DNA from: a virus
Virus record (IMG/VR): IMGVR_UViG_3300025732_000026
Span: 1-64,000 of that record
Direction: 5' to 3' (one strand)
DNA: 64,000 nucleotides
Shown here: in pieces, positions 38,926 through 48,780 of the stretch
Numbering within the stretch: position 1 is the stretch's first letter
Layout of the letters: the number at the start of each line of letters is the position of its first letter
The notes under the pieces: model-generated
What the model was told of the DNA's origin: nothing
The model's input: only the letters and a program-made list of their open reading frames with translations
Databases searched by the model: none
Program-made: the position numbers and the translations under genes

Positions 38926-39350
38926 ATGAAATCGTAAGTATTAGAAAAATTGGAACTGAGAAAACAGTTGATATATCAGTTTCGAATGATAATTTATTTT
39001 TTGCAAATGATATTTTAACTCATAATAGCGGATATGATAATTCAGATGTTGATTTGTCCAATATGTCGGAATCTTATGGACTTAATTCAACAGCAGATTT
39101 GATTTTAGGTTTGATTCGAACAGAAGAACTTGATAAATTAAATCAAATAATGGTTAAACAATTAAAGAATCGATATTCCGATCTATCAACTAATAAACGT
39201 TTCGTTGTAGGTGTTGATCGATCTAAGATGAGATTATATAACATAGAAGATGTCGGACAGGAAAGAATCGCCGATTCGGGAGTAGAATTGAATGATGATA
39301 GAAATAAGAAAAGACGATTCAATAAAGATTTTTCTGGATTAAAATTGTAA
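38904..39350 (+). CDS. gp41: Split-intein C half (41 aa, 38904..39026) fused to the gp41 C-extein
   Basis: DISVSNDNLFFANDILTHN|SGY, then SESYGL..TAD, VKQLKNRY, FVVGVDRSKMRLY. Confidence 0.93.
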   Translation: MSITFCLDEIVSIRKIGTEKTVDISVSNDNLFFANDILTHNSGYDNSDVDLSNMSESYGLNSTADLILGLIRTEELDKLNQIMVKQLKNRYSDLSTNKRFVVGVDRSKMRLYNIEDVGQERIADSGVELNDDRNKKRRFNKDFSGLKL

Positions 39351-39408
39351 TGAATTTGAATAGCTTGTTATTGTAAATAAGACACCTCTATAATTTTTAA
39401 ATTAAAAT

Positions 39409-39678
39409 ATGAAAAAAGATAAAAAAGTATTAGAATTGGTTCCTATTGATAAAAAAATAGAAAATGAATTCAATAAAATTGCTATTAAATTTCTGGAAGA
39501 TACTAAAGAACAATTATTAAATGGTGAAATTTCAGAATTAATTATTATCACAAAATTTGATGATTCGACTGAAATTATTCCAATAACATATTCGCTAACA
39601 TCAGCAGTTGGTATGCTAGAATTAAGTAAACAAGAATTGATTATCAGTAGATTCATGGATGAGATGATCGAAGATTAA
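39409..39678 (+). CDS. Hypothetical protein
   Basis: ORF coupled (TAATG) to the next gene. Confidence 0.55.
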   Translation: MKKDKKVLELVPIDKKIENEFNKIAIKFLEDTKEQLLNGEISELIIITKFDDSTEIIPITYSLTSAVGMLELSKQELIISRFMDEMIED

Positions 39679-40742
39679 TGCATCAATATACTTATATTAG
39701 TTCAACTATTACAGAACTAATACCAGCACTTTGTTTCAATAATAAATTTCTACCGAAAGATTATACTGAAATAGAACCGTTTTTCGAAGAATTGAATTTG
39801 AATGAAAAGAAATCAAGAAAGACTTTCGTTTCCGATTATAGTGTATCAGTTGGCAAAAATCTCGTTTTAAATAAAAATAAACTATCTCCCGAGATTCGTG
39901 ATTCCAAGTTTCAAAATTGTTATGGTATATTGGAGTATCTATATACTATTAATGATGCAAAACCAATAAAGAATTGTGTATGGGGCGCATACGATAAACC
40001 ATTAAATATTGATAAAAATCATCCAGGTGATATTTTTATAACATTTAACAATGGTGATGTTAGTGGCATATCAATTAAAGCCGGAACTCAGCATACAATC
40101 GAACCTAGATTAAATAGTCGATTGAAATCAACTTTATTGAAACCAGTATGGATGCAAGTGATTCCCAATTCTTTATATGAAATGAAACAAGAATTATGGA
40201 CTAAAATTTATAGTAATGTTCCAGAACTATCCAATACCGTAAATGCCGATAATTATATTCAATTTGATAGTCGAAATATAATTCGACCGAACAAATCATT
40301 AATTGATAGTTTAGTCACATTTCAAGAAAAAAATCCAGTTCATTTTGATGAAATGTATTGGGAATTACTTAGAATTTGCAATAGTCGAATGATTGGTTAT
40401 ATAAACAATCATCAAAAAACGTCTTTAAATTGGATAAAAAGTGAATTTAGAATTAATCAATCAAATTCTAGTCAAATACCTATCGTATTACTCAAAGCGA
40501 TTAACAATAAATATACTATATGCAACGATAATTTGGCAAAATGTATTACAGATACGAAAAATGTTAATGCGTATTTGAATCCCGAATCAAAACAATCATG
40601 GTATATTGATTTGGAAGCAATAGATTATAAACAATCATTAAATATGGTAATACGATCCGATTCTGATTTTAGAAGAGAGAAGCCAAAAGGCAAATTGGGT
40701 GCATTCATGAATTTAAAATTACAATATAAAGGTTGTAAATGA
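39678..40742 (+). CDS. Hypothetical protein, probable PD-(D/E)xK nuclease
   Basis: HPGDIFITF...GISIKAG motif. Confidence 0.5.
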   Translation: MHQYTYISSTITELIPALCFNNKFLPKDYTEIEPFFEELNLNEKKSRKTFVSDYSVSVGKNLVLNKNKLSPEIRDSKFQNCYGILEYLYTINDAKPIKNCVWGAYDKPLNIDKNHPGDIFITFNNGDVSGISIKAGTQHTIEPRLNSRLKSTLLKPVWMQVIPNSLYEMKQELWTKIYSNVPELSNTVNADNYIQFDSRNIIRPNKSLIDSLVTFQEKNPVHFDEMYWELLRICNSRMIGYINNHQKTSLNWIKSEFRINQSNSSQIPIVLLKAINNKYTICNDNLAKCITDTKNVNAYLNPESKQSWYIDLEAIDYKQSLNMVIRSDSDFRREKPKGKLGAFMNLKLQYKGCK

Positions 40743-41647
40743 ATAAAATAGATAATATAATCATTTCGTTGGACTATTCGAGAATAAATGATGCTATTGA
40801 AGATATTGATGATAAAAACATAAGCGATTTATTTAGAACAATACCCAAAAATTTCTTTTCAGTGTTAGAAAAGAATAAGATATTTCTTTTGTATTTTAAA
40901 AAATATGTTAGCGATATCAAGATTCGGGGAACAGATCATTCAAAATATGCTATACATTTTCTCGATAATTTTGAAAAATTTTTAAATAAATCTACGATAG
41001 GATCAAAACATAGAGATACTAGAATTAGACGAATATCTGAAAAAAATACTATTCTAAGATTTCTAAAAGTTCATTTTGAATATTTGGTTAAATTGTTTAC
41101 TTTAATTGACAATGCTATCGAATTTAGATATAATATTAAAGAAAGTCAATCAAATATTTCTAAAGATATTTTATCGATTTCTGGTGCAGGACAAGATGGA
41201 ACTGATACTCTTAGAAAAAAATATCAGAAAGATACGCCGGGTCAATTAAAAGAAGATCAGTGCCAATTATATAGTTACGAAGAAATAAAAGATTTGGAAA
41301 AATTTGCAGATAGACTATTAAATCAATTTAATGTTGATATTGCGTTTACTAAACATTTTGGTGAGCGATTGAGCAACGATAGGAACAGACCATGCATAAA
41401 ATTGGATGAATTGAAATCTTTATTTAAACGTATTAGTGCAACTAGAGCCGAAAAAATAAAAAATCATCCTAATGGAGAGTATGTCATTCAGGATTTACAG
41501 AAAGATTTGAATTTACCCGTTGTGGTTGAATTTAAAAGAGGTGAATTTGATGTTATAGTAAAAACAATAATGAGAAAAAAGAATTTCATGTCAAGTAATC
41601 CAAAAATACGAGTGGAATCATTTAAGAGCATAAAGGATAGAATTTGA
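40739..41647 (+). CDS. Modular hypothetical protein (possible head-packaged protein)
   Basis: Internal GAGQDGT...YQKDTPGQ motif; C-terminal FTKHFGERL..RN...KTIMRKKNF domain. Confidence 0.55.
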   Translation: MNKIDNIIISLDYSRINDAIEDIDDKNISDLFRTIPKNFFSVLEKNKIFLLYFKKYVSDIKIRGTDHSKYAIHFLDNFEKFLNKSTIGSKHRDTRIRRISEKNTILRFLKVHFEYLVKLFTLIDNAIEFRYNIKESQSNISKDILSISGAGQDGTDTLRKKYQKDTPGQLKEDQCQLYSYEEIKDLEKFADRLLNQFNVDIAFTKHFGERLSNDRNRPCIKLDELKSLFKRISATRAEKIKNHPNGEYVIQDLQKDLNLPVVVEFKRGEFDVIVKTIMRKKNFMSSNPKIRVESFKSIKDRI

Positions 41648-42321
41648 AAGATTTGATAGTAACCGCAATTACGGGAATAACATTTGAAAAGATTCTGCCA
41701 TGGTTAGACGCAATTAAGAAAGTAAAATTTGCTGGAGATATTGCTGTAGTATGTTACAATGCAACATTCGATACAGTAAATAAATTAAAAGAAAATGGTA
41801 TTATAGTATATACATTTAATGAAGATGTTTCCAATGAAAGATATAATTATATTAGAGATTTCAATTTGGATCGTGAAAAATACATTCATCTGAATACGTT
41901 CTTAAAAACTTTAACAGAAAAATATAGATATTTGATACTGTCAAAAATAGATAAATTTGATAGTATTGATAAAATTCCATTGACAGTAAAAGGAAATTCC
42001 TTTTCGCTGATTGAGAGTGAAAAAACATTTGCACAATCAGATTGGCACAAAAATAATATGATACAATCTTTTGGAAATTTCTATTTTGAAAAAATGAAAG
42101 ATAGAAAAATAATATTAGATGATATTATTGTTGGTGAATTTGATGATATGTTGTATTTATTTGAAATGCTCTATTTAATATGTTTAAATTCACCACTGCA
42201 TCCAGTAGATAGCAATAATGTTAGTTTGGGATCATCAACTATATCTGGATTGAATATACTTTTTCAATCAAAAATGTATCGTAGTAATTGTAAATTTATT
42301 TCGAATGAATATATTAAATAG
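41644..42321 (+). CDS. Divergent glycosyltransferase-like protein
   Basis: Parallels the next ORF (MKDLIV..I..W....F.GD) but lacks its DxD motif. Confidence 0.5.
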   Translation: MKDLIVTAITGITFEKILPWLDAIKKVKFAGDIAVVCYNATFDTVNKLKENGIIVYTFNEDVSNERYNYIRDFNLDREKYIHLNTFLKTLTEKYRYLILSKIDKFDSIDKIPLTVKGNSFSLIESEKTFAQSDWHKNNMIQSFGNFYFEKMKDRKIILDDIIVGEFDDMLYLFEMLYLICLNSPLHPVDSNNVSLGSSTISGLNILFQSKMYRSNCKFISNEYIK

Positions 42322-42328
42322 AGGTTAC

Positions 42329-43162
42329 ATGGAAGAAAAAGATTGTATTATAGGTTTTAGTAGTAATTATTCTTGGGACATAATTAAATATTGGGTTAAC
42401 TCATTAAATCGATGTGGATTTACAGGTGATAAGGTATTAATTGTAGGAAATTGTTCTTCGGACACAATTAAGAAAATTCAAAGTGAGAATATTTTTGTAA
42501 TTGTTGCTGGCCAATTGAATGAATTTGGTGATGCGATTTTGAACAATAATTTTGCACCTCATGTAGAAAGATTCTTCTATCTCTATCACCATCTTTCACA
42601 AAATTCTTATCGATATGTTATAACAACAGATGTTCGAGATGTTATTTTTCAAAAGAATCCTATCGAATATATAGAAAAACTTAATCCTCAAAATTGTATT
42701 TTTTCTTCCGAGAGTATTCGTTACCGTGATGAACCATGGGGCAATAATAATCTAAAAGAAACTTTTGGAGATTATATTCATGGAATATTTAAAGATAGAC
42801 TTATATATAATGTTGGAATACTTGCGGGTAAATATAATTCAATAATGAATTTGCTTATGGCCATTGCTGCAAATTCTGTCAATAGACCAATTAAAGTTTG
42901 TGATCAAGCTGTTTTCAATTTTCTCAATTGGACATCCAATTCAAATAATATACTATTAGATTCCGAGGATGGTTGGGCGTGTAATTTAGGAACTACGGCC
43001 GATCCCATGAAAATAAATGATTTTAGACCATATTTAATAGAAAATGTGCCTATTCTAAGAGATGATATGGTATGCACAAGTAATGGCAACGAATTCTTTA
43101 TAGTACATCAATATGATAGAGTGCCAGTTTGGAGAAATGTACTGGAGAAGAAATATGCCTAA
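42329..43162 (+). CDS. GT-A-like glycosyltransferase
   Basis: ERF, ITTDVRDVIFQKNP, DQAVFN, IVHQYDR motifs. Confidence 0.7.
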   Translation: MEEKDCIIGFSSNYSWDIIKYWVNSLNRCGFTGDKVLIVGNCSSDTIKKIQSENIFVIVAGQLNEFGDAILNNNFAPHVERFFYLYHHLSQNSYRYVITTDVRDVIFQKNPIEYIEKLNPQNCIFSSESIRYRDEPWGNNNLKETFGDYIHGIFKDRLIYNVGILAGKYNSIMNLLMAIAANSVNRPIKVCDQAVFNFLNWTSNSNNILLDSEDGWACNLGTTADPMKINDFRPYLIENVPILRDDMVCTSNGNEFFIVHQYDRVPVWRNVLEKKYA

Positions 43163-43973
43163 TATTTCAATTGTAACAGCATTTTATGATATTGGAAGAG
43201 GCGATTGGACGCCTAATAAAGGATTTCCACATTATTTACAGCGATCTAAAGATGTTTATCTTGAGAGATTTTCGCGGTTATTGAAGTTGAAAAATGATAT
43301 TACGATTTATACATCACCTGATCTTGTTGATGAAATTCAAAGACTATGTGATAATAGCAATGCATCAAAAACTAATATCATATCTTGGGATATTTTTAAT
43401 CAATATCGTTTTACTATAGACAAAATAAAAGAAGTTCAGAAATCACATGAATTTCAAACAAGAGTTCATTCAACGCAGAAATTGAATCCAGAATATTGGA
43501 ATAGTGATTATGTTCTCGTAACTAATCTAAAAGCTGCGTTTGTGTATGACGCAATAGCTCGTAAATTACCGCAGCAAAATACAGTTGCATGGATTGATTT
43601 TGGTTACATGCGATCGGATGATAAAATTCCTTCGAGTATGGAATGGAATTATAATTTTGATCCAGATAAAATTCATCTTTTCAATTATAAAGATTATGAT
43701 GATAAGCCAATTGAAGATATTATCTATCAGAATGATGTGTATATTTTAGGCGCAACAATGGTTGCAGATAAACAGAATTGGTGGAAAATGCATGATTTAA
43801 TGTTGGTGAATCAAGAAAAACTCTTTAAGAGGAAAATTGTAGATGATGATCAAGGTTTAGAATTGATGTGTTACCTAGATGATCCTGATAGTTTTGAATT
43901 GCATAGAATACCAGATCATCAATTAGGGTTTGATCCATTTGTTACATTTTCCAATTTTAATGAGACTATATGA
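43155..43973 (+). CDS. HtrL/YibB (WlaTC)-family protein
   Basis: IVTAFYDIGRGDW, PEYW..DY...K, AWIDFG, DDDQ motifs. Confidence 0.8.
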   Translation: MPNISIVTAFYDIGRGDWTPNKGFPHYLQRSKDVYLERFSRLLKLKNDITIYTSPDLVDEIQRLCDNSNASKTNIISWDIFNQYRFTIDKIKEVQKSHEFQTRVHSTQKLNPEYWNSDYVLVTNLKAAFVYDAIARKLPQQNTVAWIDFGYMRSDDKIPSSMEWNYNFDPDKIHLFNYKDYDDKPIEDIIYQNDVYILGATMVADKQNWWKMHDLMLVNQEKLFKRKIVDDDQGLELMCYLDDPDSFELHRIPDHQLGFDPFVTFSNFNETI

Positions 43974-45349
43974 ATAAACTAATAATATTTGATTTAGATG
44001 GGGTTCTAGTAGATTCTAGGGATTTGCATTACTTCGCGTTAAATGATGCTTTGCGATTGATATCAAATAAATATCTTATCACTAGGGATGAACATTCTAG
44101 TCGATATGATGGATTAAATACATATCGCAAATTAGAATTGCTTACACAAGATAAAGGACTTGATCCTAAATTTTATAATGAAATATGGCAAAATAAACAA
44201 TCAGCCACTTTAGAACTAATTAAACAGCTTAAATCTAGTTTGGCTTTACAAGAATTGTTGTCCAAAATAAAAAAGAATGGTTATAAGATTGCAGTAGCGT
44301 CTAATAGTATTCGAGATACTGTTAAATTCGCACTGTTAAGATTGGGAATATTTGAGTATATTGATTACTATGTATCAAATGAAGATGTGAAATATGCTAA
44401 ACCTTTTCCTGAAATGTACTGGCAATGTATGACAGTATTAGATTGTTTACCTCAGAATACAATAATAATAGAAGATAGTCATATTGGAAGAGAAGGTGCT
44501 ATTAATTCCGGCGCGCGATTATTGGCAGTAGAGAATGCATTAGAAGTAAGCGATAAGAATTTTATTTTCAAATTAGAAAAATATATGAATACTGTAAATA
44601 CATCACATAATAGTTTGCCGTGGATAGATGATTCAATGAATGTATTAATTCCAATGGCAGGTGCTGGATCAAGATTTGCTCAAGCAGGTTATACATTTCC
44701 TAAACCTCTAATTGAGGTTCGAGGAAAACCAATGATACAAATGGTTGTCGAAAATCTTAACATTAAAGCTAATTATATCTTTATTGTACAGAAAGAACAT
44801 TACGATACATATAATTTAAAATATTTATTGAATCTCATCGCACCTAATTGTAAGATAGTAGAAGTTGATGGTGTAACTGAAGGCGCAGCTTGTACAACAC
44901 TTTTGGCTAAACAATTTATTGACAATAATGAACCATTACTGATAGCGAATTCGGATCAGTATATTGATTGGAATGCTAACGAAACGATGTATTCTCTAAC
45001 ATCGGATAATATTGATGGTGGAATGCTAACATTTACTGGGAGTCATCCTAAATGGTCATACGCTAGATTGGATGAATCGGGATATATAGAAGAAGTTGCC
45101 GAGAAGAGAGTTATATCGAATATTGCAAGTGTAGGTGTATATTATTGGAGACATGGGGCTGATTATGTGAAATATGCTGAACAAATGATTGATAAAAATA
45201 TTAGAGTTAATAATGAATTCTATGTTGCACCTGTTATAAACGAGGCAATCGCGGATGGGAAAAAATTTAAAATTAAAAATATTTCTGCTATGTGGGGTAC
45301 AGGTACACCAGAGGATTTGAATTATTTTTTAAATAATCATGGTAAATAG
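43970..45349 (+). CDS. HAD phosphatase fused to sugar-phosphate nucleotidyltransferase
   Basis: FDLDGVL, KP.P, IEDS; then IPMAGAGSRF..PKPLI, EGAACT, NSDQ, GTPEDL. Confidence 0.88.
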   Translation: MNKLIIFDLDGVLVDSRDLHYFALNDALRLISNKYLITRDEHSSRYDGLNTYRKLELLTQDKGLDPKFYNEIWQNKQSATLELIKQLKSSLALQELLSKIKKNGYKIAVASNSIRDTVKFALLRLGIFEYIDYYVSNEDVKYAKPFPEMYWQCMTVLDCLPQNTIIIEDSHIGREGAINSGARLLAVENALEVSDKNFIFKLEKYMNTVNTSHNSLPWIDDSMNVLIPMAGAGSRFAQAGYTFPKPLIEVRGKPMIQMVVENLNIKANYIFIVQKEHYDTYNLKYLLNLIAPNCKIVEVDGVTEGAACTTLLAKQFIDNNEPLLIANSDQYIDWNANETMYSLTSDNIDGGMLTFTGSHPKWSYARLDESGYIEEVAEKRVISNIASVGVYYWRHGADYVKYAEQMIDKNIRVNNEFYVAPVINEAIADGKKFKIKNISAMWGTGTPEDLNYFLNNHGK

Positions 45350-45352
45350 TAG

Positions 45353-46159
45353 ATGAAAAGATTACTATTTTTTATAACACATTCAACGCTGACATTACAA
45401 CATGCTAGAATGACATTTAAGAGTATTTCTAAACAATCGAATGTTCATCAAAAATTTGATAAATTTTATCTGTATAATACACATGAGAATGAATTATCCA
45501 ATGTAGATTTAATTGAGTTATTTGAATATTATGGATTATATAATTTTTTCAATGAATTGTGTATTTTTGAGTATGATGTAAATACTCCCAAATCGCTTGG
45601 CGCCGATATTGACACTATTAAAAAATATTGCGAGTGTAATTATGATGCTAATGATAAAATATTGATTTTGAAATCGGATTGTTACTTATCCAAAAATTAT
45701 TTCAATGATTTATTCGAATTTGACATTGAAAATGAAGATTGCTATTTTACGGCTCCTTTTATTGTATCAAAGGCAAGAATACCGGAAAATGAAATAATAA
45801 AATATGGTGATAGGGAATCTTTTGTAAAATCAGATGATATAACATTTTTTGTTGAGGATGAGAGGAATAGTTCAGATAATGATTTTTTTAATAGGAAAGA
45901 TATAGATGTCACTGATGAAAGAATAAGATTTATATCGTGTACAGTACAGGGTGATTTCTCATGTCACTACATTCCAATAAAATTATTGAAAGATTTGATC
46001 ATATCATATGATTCGTGGGGTGGCGTTAAATTCTATCGTATTCAACATTTATGCAGATCAACTAAAAATAGTTTTGTGATTCATCAATATCATGATATAA
46101 TTTCAGATAATAGATCAAATGATCGTGAAGGGCCTGTTAAAGTTTGGATGAATAGTTAA
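45353..46159 (+). CDS. Hypothetical protein in the sugar cluster (possible GT-A)
   Basis: ILKSDC and HQYH motifs; operon context. Confidence 0.5.
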   Translation: MKRLLFFITHSTLTLQHARMTFKSISKQSNVHQKFDKFYLYNTHENELSNVDLIELFEYYGLYNFFNELCIFEYDVNTPKSLGADIDTIKKYCECNYDANDKILILKSDCYLSKNYFNDLFEFDIENEDCYFTAPFIVSKARIPENEIIKYGDRESFVKSDDITFFVEDERNSSDNDFFNRKDIDVTDERIRFISCTVQGDFSCHYIPIKLLKDLIISYDSWGGVKFYRIQHLCRSTKNSFVIHQYHDIISDNRSNDREGPVKVWMNS

Positions 46160-46168
46160 AAGGATAAT

Positions 46169-46870
46169 ATGCAACCCACAATTTGTAATCAAGAAAATTC
46201 ACAAGAAATTTACGATAGTTTCAATGATTTCATCTTTTCAAAAGATCGAAATGTTTTTAATAAACTAATGCTTCGACATGAGTTATATTCATCTGTTAAA
46301 CATCTACATGGCGATATTGTAGAATGTGGTGTATTCAAGGGTTCTGGTATAATGACTTGGTGTAAGTTGTTACAGATGTATGAGCCAAATAGTATTAAAA
46401 AAGTCATAGGTTTTGATATGTTTTCAAAAGATTTTGTTGGTGAGCTATCAGATGATATAGAACGTGATATGATGTCCCAAGTTTTTACTAGAGATGCTAA
46501 TCTAAATAATAAAACTATATCATTAAATTCTGTAACTAATAGATTATTAAATGCTAATATTCCAGCAAAATCGTTTGAATTAATTGAAGGTGATGCGAGT
46601 GAAACTACCAGAGAATATACTGAGAATCGACCAGGTTTTCTAATTTCTTTATTGTATTTGGATATGGATTTATATGAGCCAACATTCAATACACTAAAAA
46701 ATTTATGGGATTATGTTACTCCGGGCGGTATAGTTGTGTTTGATGAATATGCATATTCAGCATGGTCAGAAACACAAGCTGTTGATAATTTTTTCTTAGA
46801 TAAGGAAGTTGAAATATTGAATACGAATTTTGCAGCCCCAACAGCTTATGTGATTAAAGAGAGAGAATGA
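46169..46870 (+). CDS. TylF/MycF-family O-methyltransferase
   Basis: GDIVECGVFKG, GFDMF, LDMDLYEPT, GGIVVFDEY motifs. Confidence 0.88.
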   Translation: MQPTICNQENSQEIYDSFNDFIFSKDRNVFNKLMLRHELYSSVKHLHGDIVECGVFKGSGIMTWCKLLQMYEPNSIKKVIGFDMFSKDFVGELSDDIERDMMSQVFTRDANLNNKTISLNSVTNRLLNANIPAKSFELIEGDASETTREYTENRPGFLISLLYLDMDLYEPTFNTLKNLWDYVTPGGIVVFDEYAYSAWSETQAVDNFFLDKEVEILNTNFAAPTAYVIKERE

Positions 46871-47565
46871 AAACCGCTATAATTTTATCTGGAAATATTA
46901 GAACTTGGGATATATGTAAATCGGATTTTGTTGAAAAATTCAAACATCTAAATGCTGACATATATATTGATACTTATAGGCTGCGATATGATTATCATCC
47001 TGTGATAAAAGAACGAATCCATGATTCAGATGATGTTTTTTTTACTGAGTTGAATGGCATTTATGAGTTATTTGATGATATTGAGAATACGAAAATCTTC
47101 AATATTGAAGATAATTTTTTCATTGACTTAGAACAATATCGAAAAATATTTGATGCTAAGTTTAGGCATTTGAACATAAATTGTTTCGGCGCGATAAGAA
47201 AATTATATAATTTATTGAATCAAGAAATAATGAAGAAATATGATTTAATAATCAAAACTAGAATGGATTTAACATATCATGATATTATGAATATTGATTT
47301 AGATAATATTAAATCTAATGAATTGATAGTTGATGCTAGTAATGTTTATCCAAATGATTGTTTTTTAGCGGGATCATTTGATACAATGTATAAGATTTCA
47401 AAATTCATGTATGATGAATTTTTTAATCCTGTATTTGAAAATAGTGCCGAAAATGTGCCACATAATTTATTATTTAATGCAACGTTACATAATAATATTA
47501 AAATAAATTCACACAAAATAATGAAAAGCGTGATACGCAAAGGAAATATTGAAAATTTCTACTGA
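46867..47565 (+). CDS. Putative glycosyltransferase-like protein
   Basis: MKTAIILSGNIR...YDLIIKTRMD...ND motif. Confidence 0.6.
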   Translation: MKTAIILSGNIRTWDICKSDFVEKFKHLNADIYIDTYRLRYDYHPVIKERIHDSDDVFFTELNGIYELFDDIENTKIFNIEDNFFIDLEQYRKIFDAKFRHLNINCFGAIRKLYNLLNQEIMKKYDLIIKTRMDLTYHDIMNIDLDNIKSNELIVDASNVYPNDCFLAGSFDTMYKISKFMYDEFFNPVFENSAENVPHNLLFNATLHNNIKINSHKIMKSVIRKGNIENFY

Positions 47566-47572
47566 TACCAAT

Positions 47573-48316
47573 ATGAAAATCGCTGTCGTACTAACTGGTC
47601 ATATGAGATGTTGGAATGTAGTTTATCCAAATTTCAAAGAAAGAATATTGGATAAATATAGTCCAGATATTTTTATTCATACTTGGAAAGATGAGGGTTA
47701 TTGGACTCCACAAGAGATTAAGACTAAATCGGGCGTTCAAGACAATACTCCAATGATTGATGTCAACTTAATTAAAAATTTATTAAATCCAATTGATTTT
47801 GTAGTTGAAGATTGGAATGAATATAATGCAATCTTCGATGAATATGCAAAACAATTTCCAAATTTTGCGCATAAACCTAAAAATATTTTATCAATGTTTT
47901 ATAAGTTAAATGCTGGCATTTCATTATTAGAAAAATATATCAATATTACTGGAACGCAATATGATTTAGTTATCAGAATGCGGTCAGATATGATTCTCCA
48001 TGATGAGCTAGATTTGTCGAAATTTGATAGAAATGTATTTTATACATTAGCACATAGAAATCATATGGGTCAGGGAACTGGAGATCAAATTCATATTGGA
48101 AATGTATTTGATTCTATAGCATTTGCTAAAATATCATGTTTTATTCCTATGTTATATGCGTCAATTGGATTATTATGTCCACATGTCATGTCGGTTGCTT
48201 GGTTAAAAAATAGATTTAATTGGTCAGAATTTTATATTAATAAATCGTTACAGCATACGCCGAATGGTGAGTATGTCCTATCAGATGAGTTGAAAGATGT
48301 TGATAATCGCGCATAG
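47573..48316 (+). CDS. Putative glycosyltransferase-like protein (paralog of the previous gene)
   Basis: MKIAVVLTGHMR, DIFIHTW, SMFYK, YDLVIRMRSD motifs. Confidence 0.65.
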   Translation: MKIAVVLTGHMRCWNVVYPNFKERILDKYSPDIFIHTWKDEGYWTPQEIKTKSGVQDNTPMIDVNLIKNLLNPIDFVVEDWNEYNAIFDEYAKQFPNFAHKPKNILSMFYKLNAGISLLEKYINITGTQYDLVIRMRSDMILHDELDLSKFDRNVFYTLAHRNHMGQGTGDQIHIGNVFDSIAFAKISCFIPMLYASIGLLCPHVMSVAWLKNRFNWSEFYINKSLQHTPNGEYVLSDELKDVDNRA

Positions 48317-48779
48317 AGGTAATTTATCTGGAAGTAATCCAATATCTGAAAATCAACCAGAATATATAGATGATGCATTGAGAAATGGGTTTGACGCTGA
48401 AATTGATCTGAGAATAGTAAATGATGAGTTATTTTTGGGGCATGATTCTCCAGATCATAAAATAGATTTTGACTGGTTATTGAATCGCAGAAATTTTCTT
48501 TGGATTCATTGTAAAAATGCTGAGGCATTAGTCTTTCTCAATAATAATACATCGGCAAATTTGAATTATTTTTGGCATAATACTGATGATTATACACTAA
48601 CAAGTCTAGGTTATATATGGGCATTTCCTGAATTACCAAATATTGGTAAATATTGTATATCAGTAATGCCCAAGATAATAGATACTCCTAAATTATACAA
48701 ATCATATTCTTTTGGTGTTTGTACAGATTATGCAATTGCTACTAGAGAGTTATTACTAGCAAATAAGGAATGTTTCTAA
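48297..48779 (+). CDS. Glycerophosphodiesterase/PI-PLC-like phosphodiesterase
   Basis: IAHRGN, EN.P, EID, LGHD, WIHCKN, GVCTDY motifs. Confidence 0.8.
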   Translation: MLIIAHRGNLSGSNPISENQPEYIDDALRNGFDAEIDLRIVNDELFLGHDSPDHKIDFDWLLNRRNFLWIHCKNAEALVFLNNNTSANLNYFWHNTDDYTLTSLGYIWAFPELPNIGKYCISVMPKIIDTPKLYKSYSFGVCTDYAIATRELLLANKECF

Positions 48780-48780
48780 T

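Noticed and set aside
32552-39350. Stop-codon reassignment as the cause of the broken gp43 and gp41
   Set aside because: gp43 continues in another frame and gp41 is split by an intein; other core genes are intact under code 11.
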